Positions 13,401-27,800 of a stretch of DNA of 64,000 nucleotides are shown piece after piece. The DNA is from Eledone cirrhosa. Taxonomy: Eukaryota. The notes beneath the pieces are model-generated. The model ran no database searches and was not told the origin of the DNA. It was given only the letters and a program-made list of their open reading frames with translations. The stretch spans positions 415,028,001-415,092,000 of the forward strand of contig OZ024741.1 of assembly GCA_964016885.1 (NCBI GenBank). The letters run 5' to 3'. Each line of letters starts with the position of its first letter. The first letter of the stretch is position 1. Both the position numbers and the translations under genes were made by a program.

Positions 13401-16400
13401 TGACCAGAATTCCCTCACCTCTTTCTGTTCAAACCAGCTGTTTCTGCCCAGAATTCCCTCACTTCTTTCTGTTCAAACCAGCTGTATCTGCCCAGAATTC
13501 CCTCACCTCTTTCTGTTCACAACAGCTGTATCTGCCCAGAATTCCCTCACTTCTTTCTGTTCAAACCAGCTGTATCTGCCCAGAATTCTCTCACCTGTTT
13601 ATGTTCAAACCAGCTGTATCTGGTCAGAATTCTCTCAATTCTTTCTGTTTAAACCAGCTGTATCTGCCCAGAATTCCCTCACCTCTTTTTGTTCAAACCA
13701 GCTCTATCTGACCAGCATTCCCTCACCTCTTTCTGTTCAAACCAGCTGTATCTGACCAGAATTCTCTTGCCTCTTTCTGTTCAAACCAGCTGTATCTGCC
13801 CAGAATTCCCTCACTTCTTTCTGTTCAAACCAGCTGTATCTGCCCAGAGTTCCCTCACCTCTTTCTGTTCAAACCAGCTCTATCAGACCAGCATTCCCTC
13901 ACCTCTTTCTGTTCAAACCAGCTGTATCTGGCCAGAATTCCCTCACCTCTTTCTGTTTAAACCAGCTGTATCTGGCCAGAATTCTCTCACTTGTTTCTGT
14001 TCAAACCAGCTGTATCTGGTCAGAATTCTCTCACTTATTTCCGTTTAAACCAGCTGTATCTGGCCAGATTTCTCTCACTTCTTTTTATTCAAACCAGCTG
14101 TATCTGCCCAGAATTCCTTCTCCTCTTTCTGTTCAAACCAGCTGTATCTGACCAGAATTCCCTCTCCTCTTTCTGTTTAAACCATCTGTATCTGCCCAGA
14201 ATTCTGTCACCTCTTTCTGTTCAAACCAGCTGTATCTGCCCAGAATTCCCTCACCTCTTTCTGTTTAAACCTTCTGTATATGCCCAGAATGTTCTCACCT
14301 CTTTCTGTTCAAACCAGCTGTATCTGACCAGAATTCTCTCACTTCATTCTGTTCAAACCAGCTGTATCTGACCAGAATTCTCTCACCTCTTTCTGTTCAA
14401 ACCAGCTGTATCTGCCCAGAATTCCCTCACTTCTTTCTGTTCAAACCAGCTGTATCTGCCCAGAAATCCCTCACCTCTTTCTGTTCAAACCAGCTGTATC
14501 TGCCCAGAATTCTCTCACCTCATTCTGTTCAAACCAGCTGTATCTGCCCAGAATTCCCTCACCTCTTTCTTTTCAAACCAGCTGTATCTGACCAGAATTC
14601 TCTCACTTCTTTCTGTTAAAACCAGCTGTATCTGGCCAGAATTCTCTCACTTCTTTCTGTTCAAACCAGCTGTATCTGACCAGAATTCTCTCACCTCTTT
14701 CTGTTCAAACCAGCTGTATCTGCCCAGAATTCTCTCACCTCTTTCTATTCAAACCAGCTGTATCTGGCCAGAATTCTCTCACTTCTTTCTGTTTAAACCA
14801 GCTGTATCTGGCCAGAATTCTCTCACCTCTTTCTGTTCAAACCAGCCGTATCTGCCCAGAATTCCCTCACCTCATTCTGTTCAAACCATCTGTATCTTAC
14901 CAGAATTCCCTCTCCTCTTTCTGTTTAAACCATCTGTATCTGCCCAGAATTCTGTCACTTCTTTCTGTTCAAACCAGCTGTATCTGCCCAGAATTCCCTC
15001 ACCTCTTTCTGTTTACACCTTCTGTATATGCCCAGAATTTTCTCACCTCTTTCTGTTCAAAGCAGCTGTATCTGCCCAGAATTCTCTCACTTCTTTCTGT
15101 TCAAACCAGCCATATCTGCCCAGAATTCCCTCACCTCTTTCTGTTCAAACCAGCTGTATCTGACCAGAATTCTCTCACTTCATTCTGTTCAAACCAGCTG
15201 TATCTGACCAGAATTCTCTCACCTCTTTCTGTTCAAACCAGCTGTATCTGACCAGAATTCTCTCACCTCTTTCTTTTCAAACCAGCTGTATCTGCCCCGA
15301 ATTCTCTCACCTGTTTCTGTTCAAATCAGCTGCATCTGGTCAGAATTCTCTCACTTCTTTCTGTTCAAACCAGCTGTATCTGACCAGAATTCCCTCACCT
15401 CTTTCTGTTCAAACCAGCTGTATCTGCCCAGAATTCCCTCACCTCTTTCTGTTCAAACCAGCTGTATCTGACCAGAATTCTCTCACCTATTTCCGTTCAA
15501 ACCAGCCATATCTGCCCAGAATTCCCTCACCTCTTTCTGTTCAAAGCAGCTGTATCTGACCAGAATTCTCTCACTTCTTTCTGTTCAAACCAGCTGTATC
15601 TGCCCAGAATTCCCTCACCTCTTTCTGTTCAAACCAGCTGTATCTGCCCAGAATTCCCTCACCTCTTTCTGTTTAAACCAGCTGTATCAGACCAGCATTC
15701 CCTCACCTCTTTCTGTTCAAACCAGCTGTATCTGGCCAGAATTCCCTCACCTCTTTCTGTTTAAACCAGCTGTATCTGGCCAGAATTCTCTCACTTGTTT
15801 CTGTTCAAACCAGCTGTATCTGGTCAGAATTCTCTCACTTATTTCCGTTTAAACCAGCTGTATCTGTCCAGATTTCTCTCACTTCTTTTTATTCAAACCA
15901 GCTGTATATGACCAGAATTCTCTCACTTCTTTCTGTTCAAACCAGCTGTATCTGCCCAGAATTCCCTCACCTCTTTCTGTTCAAACCATCTGTATCTGAC
16001 CAGAATTCCCTCTCCTCTTTCTGTTTAAACCATCTGTATCTGCCCAGAATTCTGTCACTTCTTTCTGTTCAAACCAGCTGTATCTGACCAGAATTCTCTC
16101 ACTTCATTCTGTTCAACCCAGCTGTATCTGACCAGAATTCTCTCACCTCTTTCTGTTGAAACCAGCTGTATCTGCCCAGAATTCCCTCACTTCTTTCTGT
16201 TCAAACCAGCTGTATCTGCCCAGAAATCCCTCACCTCTTTCTGTTTAAACCAGCTGTATCTGGCCAGAATTCCCTCACTTCTTTCTGTTTAAACCTTCTG
16301 TATATGCCCACAATTTTCTCACCTCTTTCTGTTCAAACCAGCTGTATCTGACCAGAATTCTCTCACCTATTTCTATTCAAACCAGCCATATCTGCCCAGA

Positions 16401-19400
16401 ATTCCCTCACCTCTTTCTGTTCAAACCAGCTGTATCTGACCAGAATTCTCTCACTTCTTTCTTTTCAAACCAGCTGTATCTGCCCAGAATTCTCTCACCT
16501 CTTTCTGTTCAAACCAGCTGTATCTGCCCAGAATTCCCTCACCTCTTTTTGTTCAAACCAGCTCTATCTGACCAGCATTCCCTCACCTCTTTCTGTTCAA
16601 ACCAGCTGTATCTGACCAGAATTCTCTTGCCTCTTTCTGTTCAAACCAGCTGTATCTGCCCAGAATTCCCTCACTTCTTTCTGTTCAAACCAGCTGTATC
16701 TGCCCAGAGTTCCCTCACCTCTTTCTGTTCAAACCAGCTCTATCAGACCAGCATTCCCTCACCTCTTTCTGTTCAAACCAGCTGTATCTGGCCAGAATTC
16801 CCTCACCTCTTTCTGTTTAAACCAGCTGTATCTGGCCAGAATTCTCTCACTTGTTTCTGTTCAAACCAGCTGTATCTGGTCAGAATTCTCTCACTTATTT
16901 CCGTTTAAACCAGCTGTATCTGGCCAGATTTCTCTCACTTCTTTTTATTCAAACCAGCTGTATCTGCCCAGAATTCCTTCTCCTCTTTCTGTTCAAACCA
17001 GCTGTATCTGACCAGAATTCCCTCTCCTCTTTCTGTTTAAACCATCTGTATCTGCCCAGAATTCTGTCACCTCTTTCTGTTCAAACCAGCTGTATCTGCC
17101 CAGAATTCCCTCACCTCTTTCTGTTTAAACCTTCTGTATATGCCCAGAATGTTCTCACCTCTTTCTGTTCAAACCAGCTGTATCTGACCAGAATTCTCTC
17201 ACTTCATTCTGTTCAAACCAGCTGTATCTGACCAGAATTCTCTCACCTCTTTCTGTTCAAACCAGCTGTATCTGCCCAGAATTCCCTCACTTCTTTCTGT
17301 TCAAACCAGCTGTATCTGCCCAGAAATCCCTCACCTCTTTCTGTTCAAACCAGCTGTATCTGCCCAGAATTCTCTCACCTCATTCTGTTCAAACCAGCTG
17401 TATCTGCCCAGAATTCCCTCACCTCTTTCTTTTCAAACCAGCTGTATCTGACCAGAATTCTCTCACTTCTTTCTGTTAAAACCAGCTGTATCTGGCCAGA
17501 ATTCTCTCACTTCTTTCTGTTCAAACCAGCTGTATCTGACCAGAATTCTCTCACCTCTTTCTGTTCAAACCAGCTGTATCTGCCCAGAATTCTCTCACCT
17601 CTTTCTATTCAAACCAGCTGTATCTGGCCAGAATTCTCTCACTTCTTTCTGTTTAAACCAGCTGTATCTGGCCAGAATTCTCTCACCTCTTTCTGTTCAA
17701 ACCAGCCGTATCTGCCCAGAATTCCCTCACCTCATTCTGTTCAAACCATCTGTATCTTACCAGAATTCCCTCTCCTCTTTCTGTTTAAACCATCTGTATC
17801 TGCCCAGAATTCTGTCACTTCTTTCTGTTCAAACCAGCTGTATCTGCCCAGAATTCCCTCACCTCTTTCTGTTTACACCTTCTGTATATGCCCAGAATTT
17901 TCTCACCTCTTTCTGTTCAAAGCAGCTGTATCTGCCCAGAATTCTCTCACTTCTTTCTGTTCAAACCAGCCATATCTGCCCAGAATTCCCTCACCTCTTT
18001 CTGTTCAAACCAGCTGTATCTGACCAGAATTCTCTCACTTCATTCTGTTCAAACCAGCTGTATCTGACCAGAATTCTCTCACCTCTTTCTGTTCAAACCA
18101 GCTGTATCTGACCAGAATTCTCTCACCTCTTTCTTTTCAAACCAGCTGTATCTGCCCCGAATTCTCTCACCTGTTTCTGTTCAAATCAGCTGCATCTGGT
18201 CAGAATTCTCTCACTTCTTTCTGTTTAAACCAGCTGTATCTGGTCAGAATTCTCTCACTTCTTTCTGTTCAAACCAGCTGTATCTGACCAGAATTCCCTC
18301 ACCTCTTTCTGTTCAAACCAGCTGTTTCTGCCCAGAATTCCCTCACTTCTTTCTGTTCAAACCAGCTGTATCTGCCCAGAATTCCCTCACCTCTTTCTGT
18401 TCACAACAGCTGTATCTGCCCAGAATTCCCTCACTTCTTTCTGTTCAAACCAGCTGTATCTGCCCAGAATTCTCTCACCTGTTTATGTTCAAACCAGCTG
18501 TATCTGGTCAGAATTCTCTCAATTCTTTCTGTTTAAACCAGCTGTATCTGCCCAGAATTCCCTCACCTCTTTTTGTTCAAACCAGCTCTATCTGACCAGC
18601 ATTCCCTCACCTCTTTCTGTTCAAACCAGCTGTATCTGACCAGAATTCTCTTGCCTCTTTCTGTTCAAACCAGCTGTATCTGCCCAGAATTCCCTCACTT
18701 CTTTCTGTTCAAACCAGCTGTATCTGCCCAGAGTTCCCTCACCTCTTTCTGTTCAAACCAGCTCTATCAGACCAGCATTCCCTCACCTCTTTCTGTTCAA
18801 ACCAGCTGTATCTGGCCAGAATTCCCTCACCTCTTTCTGTTTAAACCAGCTGTATCTGGCCAGAATTCTCTCACTTGTTTCTGTTCAAACCAGCTGTATC
18901 TGGTCAGAATTCTCTCACTTATTTCCGTTTAAACCAGCTGTATCTGGCCAGATTTCTCTCACTTCTTTTTATTCAAACCAGCTGTATCTGCCCAGAATTC
19001 CTTCTCCTCTTTCTGTTCAAACCAGCTGTATCTGACCAGAATTCCCTCTCCTCTTTCTGTTTAAACCATCTGTATCTGCCCAGAATTCTGTCACCTCTTT
19101 CTGTTCAAACCAGCTGTATCTGCCCAGAATTCCCTCACCTCTTTCTGTTTAAACCTTCTGTATATGCCCAGAATGTTCTCACCTCTTTCTGTTCAAACCA
19201 GCTGTATCTGACCAGAATTCTCTCACTTCATTCTGTTCAAACCAGCTGTATCTGACCAGAATTCTCTCACCTCTTTCTGTTCAAACCAGCTGTATCTGCC
19301 CAGAATTCCCTCACTTCTTTCTGTTCAAACCAGCTGTATCTGCCCAGAAATCCCTCACCTCTTTCTGTTCAAACCAGCTGTATCTGCCCAGAATTCTCTC

Positions 19401-20590
19401 ACCTCATTCTGTTCAAACCAGCTGTATCTGCCCAGAATTCCCTCACCTCTTTCTTTTCAAACCAGCTGTATCTGACCAGAATTCTCTCACTTCTTTCTGT
19501 TAAAACCAGCTGTATCTGGCCAGAATTCTCTCACTTCTTTCTGTTCAAACCAGCTGTATCTGACCAGAATTCTCTCACCTCTTTCTGTTCAAACCAGCTG
19601 TATCTGCCCAGAATTCTCTCACCTCTTTCTATTCAAACCAGCTGTATCTGGCCAGAATTCTCTCACTTCTTTCTGTTTAAACCAGCTGTATCTGGCCAGA
19701 ATTCTCTCACCTCTTTCTGTTCAAACCAGCCGTATCTGCCCAGAATTCCCTCACCTCATTCTGTTCAAACCATCTGTATCTTACCAGAATTCCCTCTCCT
19801 CTTTCTGTTTAAACCATCTGTATCTGCCCAGAATTCTGTCACTTCTTTCTGTTCAAACCAGCTGTATCTGCCCAGAATTCCCTCACCTCTTTCTGTTTAC
19901 ACCTTCTGTATATGCCCAGAATTTTCTCACCTCTTTCTGTTCAAAGCAGCTGTATCTGCCCAGAATTCTCTCACTTCTTTCTGTTCAAACCAGCCATATC
20001 TGCCCAGAATTCCCTCACCTCTTTCTGTTCAAACCAGCTGTATCTGACCAGAATTCTCTCACTTCATTCTGTTCAAACCAGCTGTATCTGACCAGAATTC
20101 TCTCACCTCTTTCTGTTCAAACCAGCTGTATCTGACCAGAATTCTCTCACCTCTTTCTTTTCAAACCAGCTGTATCTGCCCCGAATTCTCTCACCTGTTT
20201 CTGTTCAAATCAGCTGCATCTGGTCAGAATTCTCTCACTTCTTTCTGTTTAAACCAGCTGTATCTGGTCAGAATTCTCTCACTTCTTTCTGTTCAAACCA
20301 GCTGTATCTGACCAGAATTCCCTCACCTCTTTCTGTTCAAACCAGCTGTTTCTGCCCAGAATTCCCTCACTTCTTTCTGTTCAAACCAGCTGTATCTGCC
20401 CAGAATTCCCTCACCTCTTTCTGTTCACAACAGCTGTATCTGCCCAGAATTCCCTCACTTCTTTCTGTTCAAACCAGCTGTATCTGCCCAGAATTCTCTC
20501 ACCTGTTTATGTTCAAACCAGCTGTATCTGGTCAGAATTCTCTCAATTCTTTCTGTTTAAACCAGCTGTATCTGCCCAGAATTCCCTCAC
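10500..20590 (+). repeat. HOR family 2: 2,024-bp (46-monomer) unit nested in a 4,884-bp (111-monomer) tandem duplication
   Basis: Identical pseudo-ORFs at 11665, 13689, 16549, 18573 (offsets 2024, 2860, 2024; 11665 to 16549 = 4884 = 111x44). Markers tgtatcttacc, gccccgaatt and cagctgcatc each recur four times. Confidence 0.9.
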
Positions 20591-21839
20591 CTCTTTCTGT
20601 TCAAACCAGCCGTATCTGCCCAGAATTCTCTTACCTCTTTCTGTTCAAACCAGCTGTATCTGCCCAGAATTCCCTCACCTCTTTCTGTTCAAACCAGCTG
20701 TATCTGACCAGAATTCTCTCACCTGTTTCTGTTCAAACCAGCTTTATCTGGCCAGAATTTTCTCACTTCTTTCTGTTCAAACCAGCTGTGTCTGACCAGA
20801 ATTCTCTCACTTCTTTCTGTTCAAACCATCTGTATCTGACCAGAATTCCCTCTCCTCTTTCTGTTTATACCATCTGTATCTGCCCAGAATTCTGTCACTT
20901 CTTTCTGTTCAAACCAGCTGTATCTGACCAGAATTCTCTCACTTCATTCTGTTCAACCCAGCTGTATCTGACCAGAATTCTCTCACCTCTTTCTGTTCAA
21001 ACCAGCTGTATCTGCCCAGAATTTCCTCACTTATTTCTGTTCAAACCAGCTGTATCTGCCCAGAAATCCCTCACCTCTTTCTGTTTAAACCAGCTGTATC
21101 TGGCCAGAATTCCCTCACCTCTCTCTGTTCAAACCAGCCGTATCTAACCAGACTTCTCTTATCTCTTTCTGTTCAAACCAGCTGTATCTGCCCACAATTC
21201 CCTCACCTCTTTCTGTTCAAACCAGCTGTATCTGGCCAGAATTCCCTCACCTCTTTCTGTTTAAACCAGCTGTATCTGGCCAGAATTCTCTCACTTGTTT
21301 CTGTTCAAACCAGCTGTATCTGACCAGAATTCCCTCACCGCTTTCTGTTCAAACCAGCTGTATCTTCCCAGAATTCCCTCACTTCTTTCTGTTTAAACCT
21401 TCTGTACATGCCCAGAATTTTCTCACCACTTTCTGTTCAAACCAGCTGTATCTGCCCAGAATTCCCTCACTTCTTTCTGTTCAAACCAGCTGTATCTGAC
21501 CAGAATTCCCTCACCTCTTTCTGTTCAAACCAGCTGTATCTGACCAGAATTCTCTCACCTCATTCTGTTCAAACCAGCTGTATCTGCCCAGAATTCCCTC
21601 ACCTCTTTCTGTTCAAACTAGCTGTATCTGCCCAGAATTTTCTCACCTCTTTCTGTTCAAACCAGCTGTATCTGGCCAGAATTCTCTCACTTCTTTCTGT
21701 TCAAACCAGCTGTATCTGACCAGAATTCTCTCACCTCTTTCTGTTTAAACCAGCTGTATCTGCCCAGAATTCCCTCACCTGTTTATGTTCAAACCAGCTT
21801 AATCTGGTCAGAATTCTCTCACTTCTTTCCGTTTAAACC

Positions 21840-24800
21840 AGCTGTATCTGGCCAGATTTCTCTCACTTCTTTTTGTTCAAACCAGCTGTATCTGACCAGA
21901 ATTCCCTCACCTCTTTCTGTTCAAACCAGCTGTGTCTGGTCAGAATTCCCTCACCTCTTTCTGTTCAAACCAGCTGTATCTGCCCAGAATTCCCTCACCT
22001 CTTTCTGTTCAAACCAGCTGTATCTGACCAGAATTCCCTCACCTCTTTCTTTTCAAACCAGCTGTATCTGACCAGAATTCTCTCACCTCATTCTGTTCAA
22101 ACCAGCTGTATCTGGCCAGAATTCTCTTACCTCTTTCTGTTCAAACCAGCTGTATATGCCCAGAATTCCCTCACCTCTTTCTGTTCAAACCAGCTGTATA
22201 TGCCCAGAATTCCCTCACCTCTTTCTGTTCAAACCAGCTGTATATGCCCAGAATTCTCTCACCTGTTTCTGTTCAAACCAGCTGTATCTGCCCAGAATTC
22301 CCTCACCACTTTCTGTTCAAACCAGCTGTATCTGCCCAGAATTCTCTTACCTCTTTCTGTTCAAACCAGCTGTATCTGGCCAGAATTCTCTCACTTCTTT
22401 CTGTTCAAATCAGCTGTATCTGACCAGAATTCCCTCACCACTTTCTGTTCAAACCAGCTGTATCTGGTCAGAATTCTCTCACTTCTTTCTGTTTAAACCA
22501 GCTGTATCTGGCCAGAATTCCCCCACTTCTTTCTGTTCAAACCAGCTGTATCTGCCCAGAATTCCCTCACCTCTTTCTGTTCAAACCAGCCGTATCTGAC
22601 CAGAATTCTCTCACCTATTTCTGTTCAAACCAGCCATATCTGCCCAGAATTCCCTCACCTCTTTCTGTTTAAACCAGCTGTATCTGGCCAGAATTCTCTC
22701 ACTTGTTTCTGTTCAAACCAGCTGTATCTGACCAGAATTCCCTCACTTCTTTCTGTTCAAACCAGCTGTATCTGCCCAGAATTCCCTCACCTCTTTCTGT
22801 TCAAATCAGCTGTATCTGCCCAGAATTCTCTCACCTCATTCTGTTCAAACCAGCTGTATCTGTCCAGAATTCCCTCACCTCTTTCTGTTCAAACCAGCCG
22901 TATCTGCCCAGAATTCCCTCACCTCTTTCTTTTCAAACCAGCTGTATCTGCCCAGAATTCCCTCACTTCTTTCTGTTCAAACCAGCTGTATCTGCCCAGA
23001 ATTCCCTCACCTCTTTCTGTTCACAGCAGCTGTATCTGCCCAGAATTCCCTCACTTCTTTCTGTTCAAACCAGCTGTATCTGCCCAGAATTCTCTCACCT
23101 GTTTATGTTCAAACCAGCTGTATCTGGTCAGAATTCTCTCACTTCTTTCTGTTTAAACCAGCTGTATCTGGCCAGAATTCTCTCAATTTATTTCTGTTCA
23201 AACCAGCTGTATCTGACCAGAATTCCCTCACCTCTTTCTGTTCAAACCAGCTGTATCTGACCAGAATTCTCTCACTTCTTTCTGTTCGAACCAGCTGTAT
23301 CTGCCCAGAATTCCCTCACCTCTTTCTGTTCAAACCAGCTGTATCTGCCCAGAATTCCCCCACTTCTTTCTGTTCAAACCAGCTGTATCTGACCAGAATT
23401 CCCTCACCTCTTTCTGTTCAAACCAGCTGTATCTGACCAGAATTCTCTCACCTATTTCTGTTCAAACCAGCCATATCTGCCCAGAATTCCCCCACCTCTT
23501 TCTGTTCAAACCAGCTGTATCTGGCCAGAATTCCCTCACCTCTTTCTGTTGAAATCATCTGTATCTGCCCAGAATTCTCTCACTTCTTTTTGTTCAAACC
23601 AGCCATATCTGCCCAGAATTCCCTCACCTCTTTCTGTTCAAACCAGCTGTATCTGCCCAGAATTCCCCCACTTCTTTCTGTTCAAACCAGCTGTATCTGA
23701 CCAGAATTCTCTCACTTCATTCTGTTCAACCCAGCTGTATCTGACCAGAATTCTCTCACCTCCTTCTGTTCAAACCAGCTGTATCTGCCCAGAATTCCCT
23801 CACTTCTTTCTGTTCAAACCAGCTGTATCTGCCCAGAAATCCCTCACCTCTTTCTGTTTAAACCAGCTGTATCTGGCCAGAATTCCCTCACTTCTTTCTG
23901 TTTAAACCAGCTGTATATGCCCAGAAGTTTCTCACCTCTTTCTGTTCAAACCAGCTGTATTTGCCCAGAATTCCCTTACTTCTTTCTGTCCAAACCAGCT
24001 GTATCTGCCCAGAATTCCCTCACCTCTTTCTGTTCAAACCAGCTGTATCTGCCCAGAATTCCCTCACTTCTTTCTGTTCAAACCAGCTGTATCTGCCCAG
24101 AGTTCCCTCACCTCTTTCTGTTCAAACCAGCTGTATCTGCCCAGAATTCCCTCACTTCTTTCTGTTCAAACCAGCTCTATGTGACAAGCATTCCCTCACT
24201 TCTTTCTGTTCAAACCAGCTGTATCTGACCAGAATTCTCTTACCTCTTTCTGTTCAAACCAGCTGTATCTGGCCAGAATTCCCTCACCTCTTTCTGTTTA
24301 AACCAGCTGTATCTGGCCTGAATTCTCTCACTTGTTTCTGTTCAAACCAGCTGTAACTGCCCAGAATTCTCTCACCTGTTTACGTTCAAACCAGCTGTAT
24401 CTGGTCAGTATTCTCTCACTTATTTCCGTTTAAACCAGCTGTATCTGGCCAGATTTCTCTCACTTCTTTTTATTCAAACCAGCTGTATATGACCAGAATT
24501 CTCTCACTTCTTTCTGTTCAAACCAGCTGTATCTGCCCAGAATTCCCTCACCTCTTTCTGTTCAAACCATCTGTATCTGACCAGAATTCCCTCTCCTCTT
24601 TCTGTTTAAACCATCTGTATCTGCCCAGAATTCTGTCATTTCTTTCTGTTCAAACCAGCTGTATCTGCCCAGAATTCCCTCACCTCTTTCTGTTTACACC
24701 TTCTGTATATGCCCAGAATTTTCTCACCTCTTTCTGTTCAAAGCAGCTGTATCTGACCAGAATTCCCTCACTTCTTTCTGTTCAAACCAGCTGTATCTGC

Positions 24801-27800
24801 CCAGAATTCCCTCACCTCTTTCTGTTCAAACCAGCTGTATCTGCCCAGAATTTTCTCACCTCTTTCTGTTCAAACCAGCTGTATCTGACCAGAATTCTCT
24901 CACCTCTTTCTGTTTAAACCAGCTGTATCTGCCCAGAATTCTCTCACCTGTTTCTGTTCAAATCAGATGTATCTGGTCAGAATTCCCTCACCGCTTTCTG
25001 TTCAAACCAGCTGTATCTGCCCAGAATTCCCTCACCTCTTTCTGTTTAAACCTTCTGTAAATGCCCAGAATTTTTACACCTCTTTCTGTTCAAACCAGCT
25101 GTATCTGCCCAGAATTCCCTCACTTCTTTCTGTTCAAACCAGCTCTATCTGCCCAGAATTCCCTCACCTCTTTCTGTTCAAACCAGCTGTATCTGCCCAG
25201 AATTCTCTCACTCCTTTCTGTTCAAACCAGCCATATCTGCCCAGAATTCCCTCACCTCTTTCTGTTCAAACCAGCTGTATCTGCCCAGAATTCCCTCACC
25301 TCTTTCTGTTTAAACCAGCTGTATCTGTCCAGAATTCCCTCACTTCTTTCTGTTCAAACCAGCTGTATCTGCCCAGAATTCCCTCACCTCTTTCTGTTCA
25401 AACCAGCTCTATCTGCCCAGAATTCCCTCACCTCTTTCTGTTCAAACCAGCTGTATCTGCCCAGAATTCTCTCACTCCTTTCTGTTCAAACCAGCTCTAT
25501 CTGCCCAGAATTCCCTCACCTCTTTCTATTCAAACCAGCTGTATCTGCCCAGAATTCTCTCACTCCTTTCTGTTCAAACCAGCCATATCTGCCCAGAATT
25601 CCCTCACCTCTTTCTGTTCAAATCAGCTGTATCTGGTCAGAATTATCTCACTTCTTTCTGTTTAAACCAGCTGTATCTGGCCAGAATTCTCTCACTTCTT
25701 TCTGTTCAAACCAGCTGTATCTGACCAGAATTCCCTCACCTCTTTCTGTTCAAACCAGCTGTATCTGCCCAGAATTCTCTCACCTATTTCTGTTCAAACC
25801 AGCTGTATCTGGTCAGAATCCTCTTACTTCTTTCTGTTAAACCAGCTGTATCTGGCCAGAATTCTCTCACTTCTTTCTGTTCAAACCAACTGTATCTGCC
25901 CAGAATTCCCTCACCTCAATCTGTTTAAACCAGCTGTATATGCCCAGAATTTTCTCACCTCTTTCTGTTCAAACCGGATGTATCTGCCCAGAATTCCCTC
26001 ACCACTTTCTGTTCAAACCAGCTGTATCTGCCCAGAATTCCCTCACCTCTTTATGTTCAAACCAGCTGTATCTGACCCGAATTCTCTTATCTCTTTCTGT
26101 TCAAACTAGCTGTATCTGCCCAGAATTCCCTCAACTCTTTCTGTTTAAACCAGCTATATCTGGCCAGAATTCTCTCACTTGTTTCTGTTTAAACCAGCTG
26201 TATCTGACCAGAATTCTCTCACCTCTTTCTGTTCAAACCAGCTGTATCTGACCAGAATTCCTTCTCCTCTTTCTGTTTAAACCATCTGTATCTGCCCAGA
26301 ATTCTCTCACTTCATTCTGTTCAAACCAGCTGTATCTGCCCAGAATTCCCTCACCGCTTTCTATTCAAAACAGCTGTATCTGCCCAGAATTCCCTCACCT
26401 CTTTCTGTTCAAACCAGCTGTGTCTGGCCAGATTTCTCTCACTTCTTTTTGTTCAAACCAGCTGTATCTGACCAGAATTCCCTCACCTCTTTCTGTTCAA
26501 ACCAGCTGTGTCTGGTCAGAATTCCCTCACCTCTTTCTGTTCAAACCAGCTGTATCTGCCCAGAATTCCCTCACCTCTTTCTGTTCAAACCAGCTGTATC
26601 TGACCAGAATTCCCTCACCTCTTTCTTTTCAAACCAGCTGTATCTGACCAGAATTCTCTCACCTCATTCTGTTCAAACCAGCTGTATCTGGCCAGAATTC
26701 TCTTACCTCTTTCTGTTCAAACCAGCTGTATATGCCCAGAATTCCCTCACCTCTTTCTGTTCAAACCAGCTGTATATGTCCAGAATTCCCTCACCTCTTT
26801 CTATTCAAACCAGCTGTATATGCCCAGAATTCTCTCACCTGTTTCTGTTCAAACCAGCTGTATCTGCCCAGAATTCCCTCACCACTTTCTGTTCAAACCA
26901 GCTGTATCTGCCCAGAATTCTCTTACCTCTTTCTGTTCAAACCAGCTGTATCTGCCCAGAATTCTCTCACTTCTTTCTGTTCAAATCAGCTGTATCTGAC
27001 CAGAATTCCCTCACCACTTTCTGTTCAATCCAGCTGTATCTGGTCAGAATTCCCTCACCACTTTCTGTTCAAACCAGCTGTATATGCCCAGAATTCCCTC
27101 ACCTCTTTCTGTTCAAACCAGCTGTATATGCCCAGAATTCTCTCACCTGTTTCTGTTCAAACCAGCTGTATCTGCCCAGAATTCCCTCACCACTTTCTGT
27201 TCAAACCAGCTGTATCTGCCCAGAATTCTCTTACCTCTTTCTGTTCAAGCCAGCTGTATCTGGCCAGAATTCTCTCACTTCTTTCTGTTCAAATCAGCTG
27301 TATCTGTCCAGAATTCCCTCACCACTTTCTGTTCAAACCAGCTGTATCTGGTCAGAATTCTCTCACTTCTTTCTGTTTAAACCAGCTGTATCTGGCCAGA
27401 ATTCCCCCACTTCTTTCTGTTCAAACCAGCTGTATCTGCCCAGAATTCCCTCACCTCTTTCTGTTCAAACCAGCCGTATCTGACCAGAATTCTCTCACCT
27501 ATTTCTGTTCAAACCAGCCATATCTGCCCAGAATTCCCTCACCTCTTTCTGTTTAAACCAGCTGTATCTGGCCAGAATTCTCTCACTTGTTTCTGTTCAA
27601 ACCAGCTGTATCTGACCAGAATTCCCTCACTTCTTTCTGTTCAAACCAGCTGTATCTGCCCAGAATTCCCTCACCTCTTTCTGTTCAAATCAGCTGTATC
27701 TGCCCAGAATTCTCTCACCTCATTCTGTTCAAACCAGCTGTATCTGTCCAGAATTCCCTCACCTCTTTCTGTTCAAACCAGCCGTATCTGCCCAGAATTC

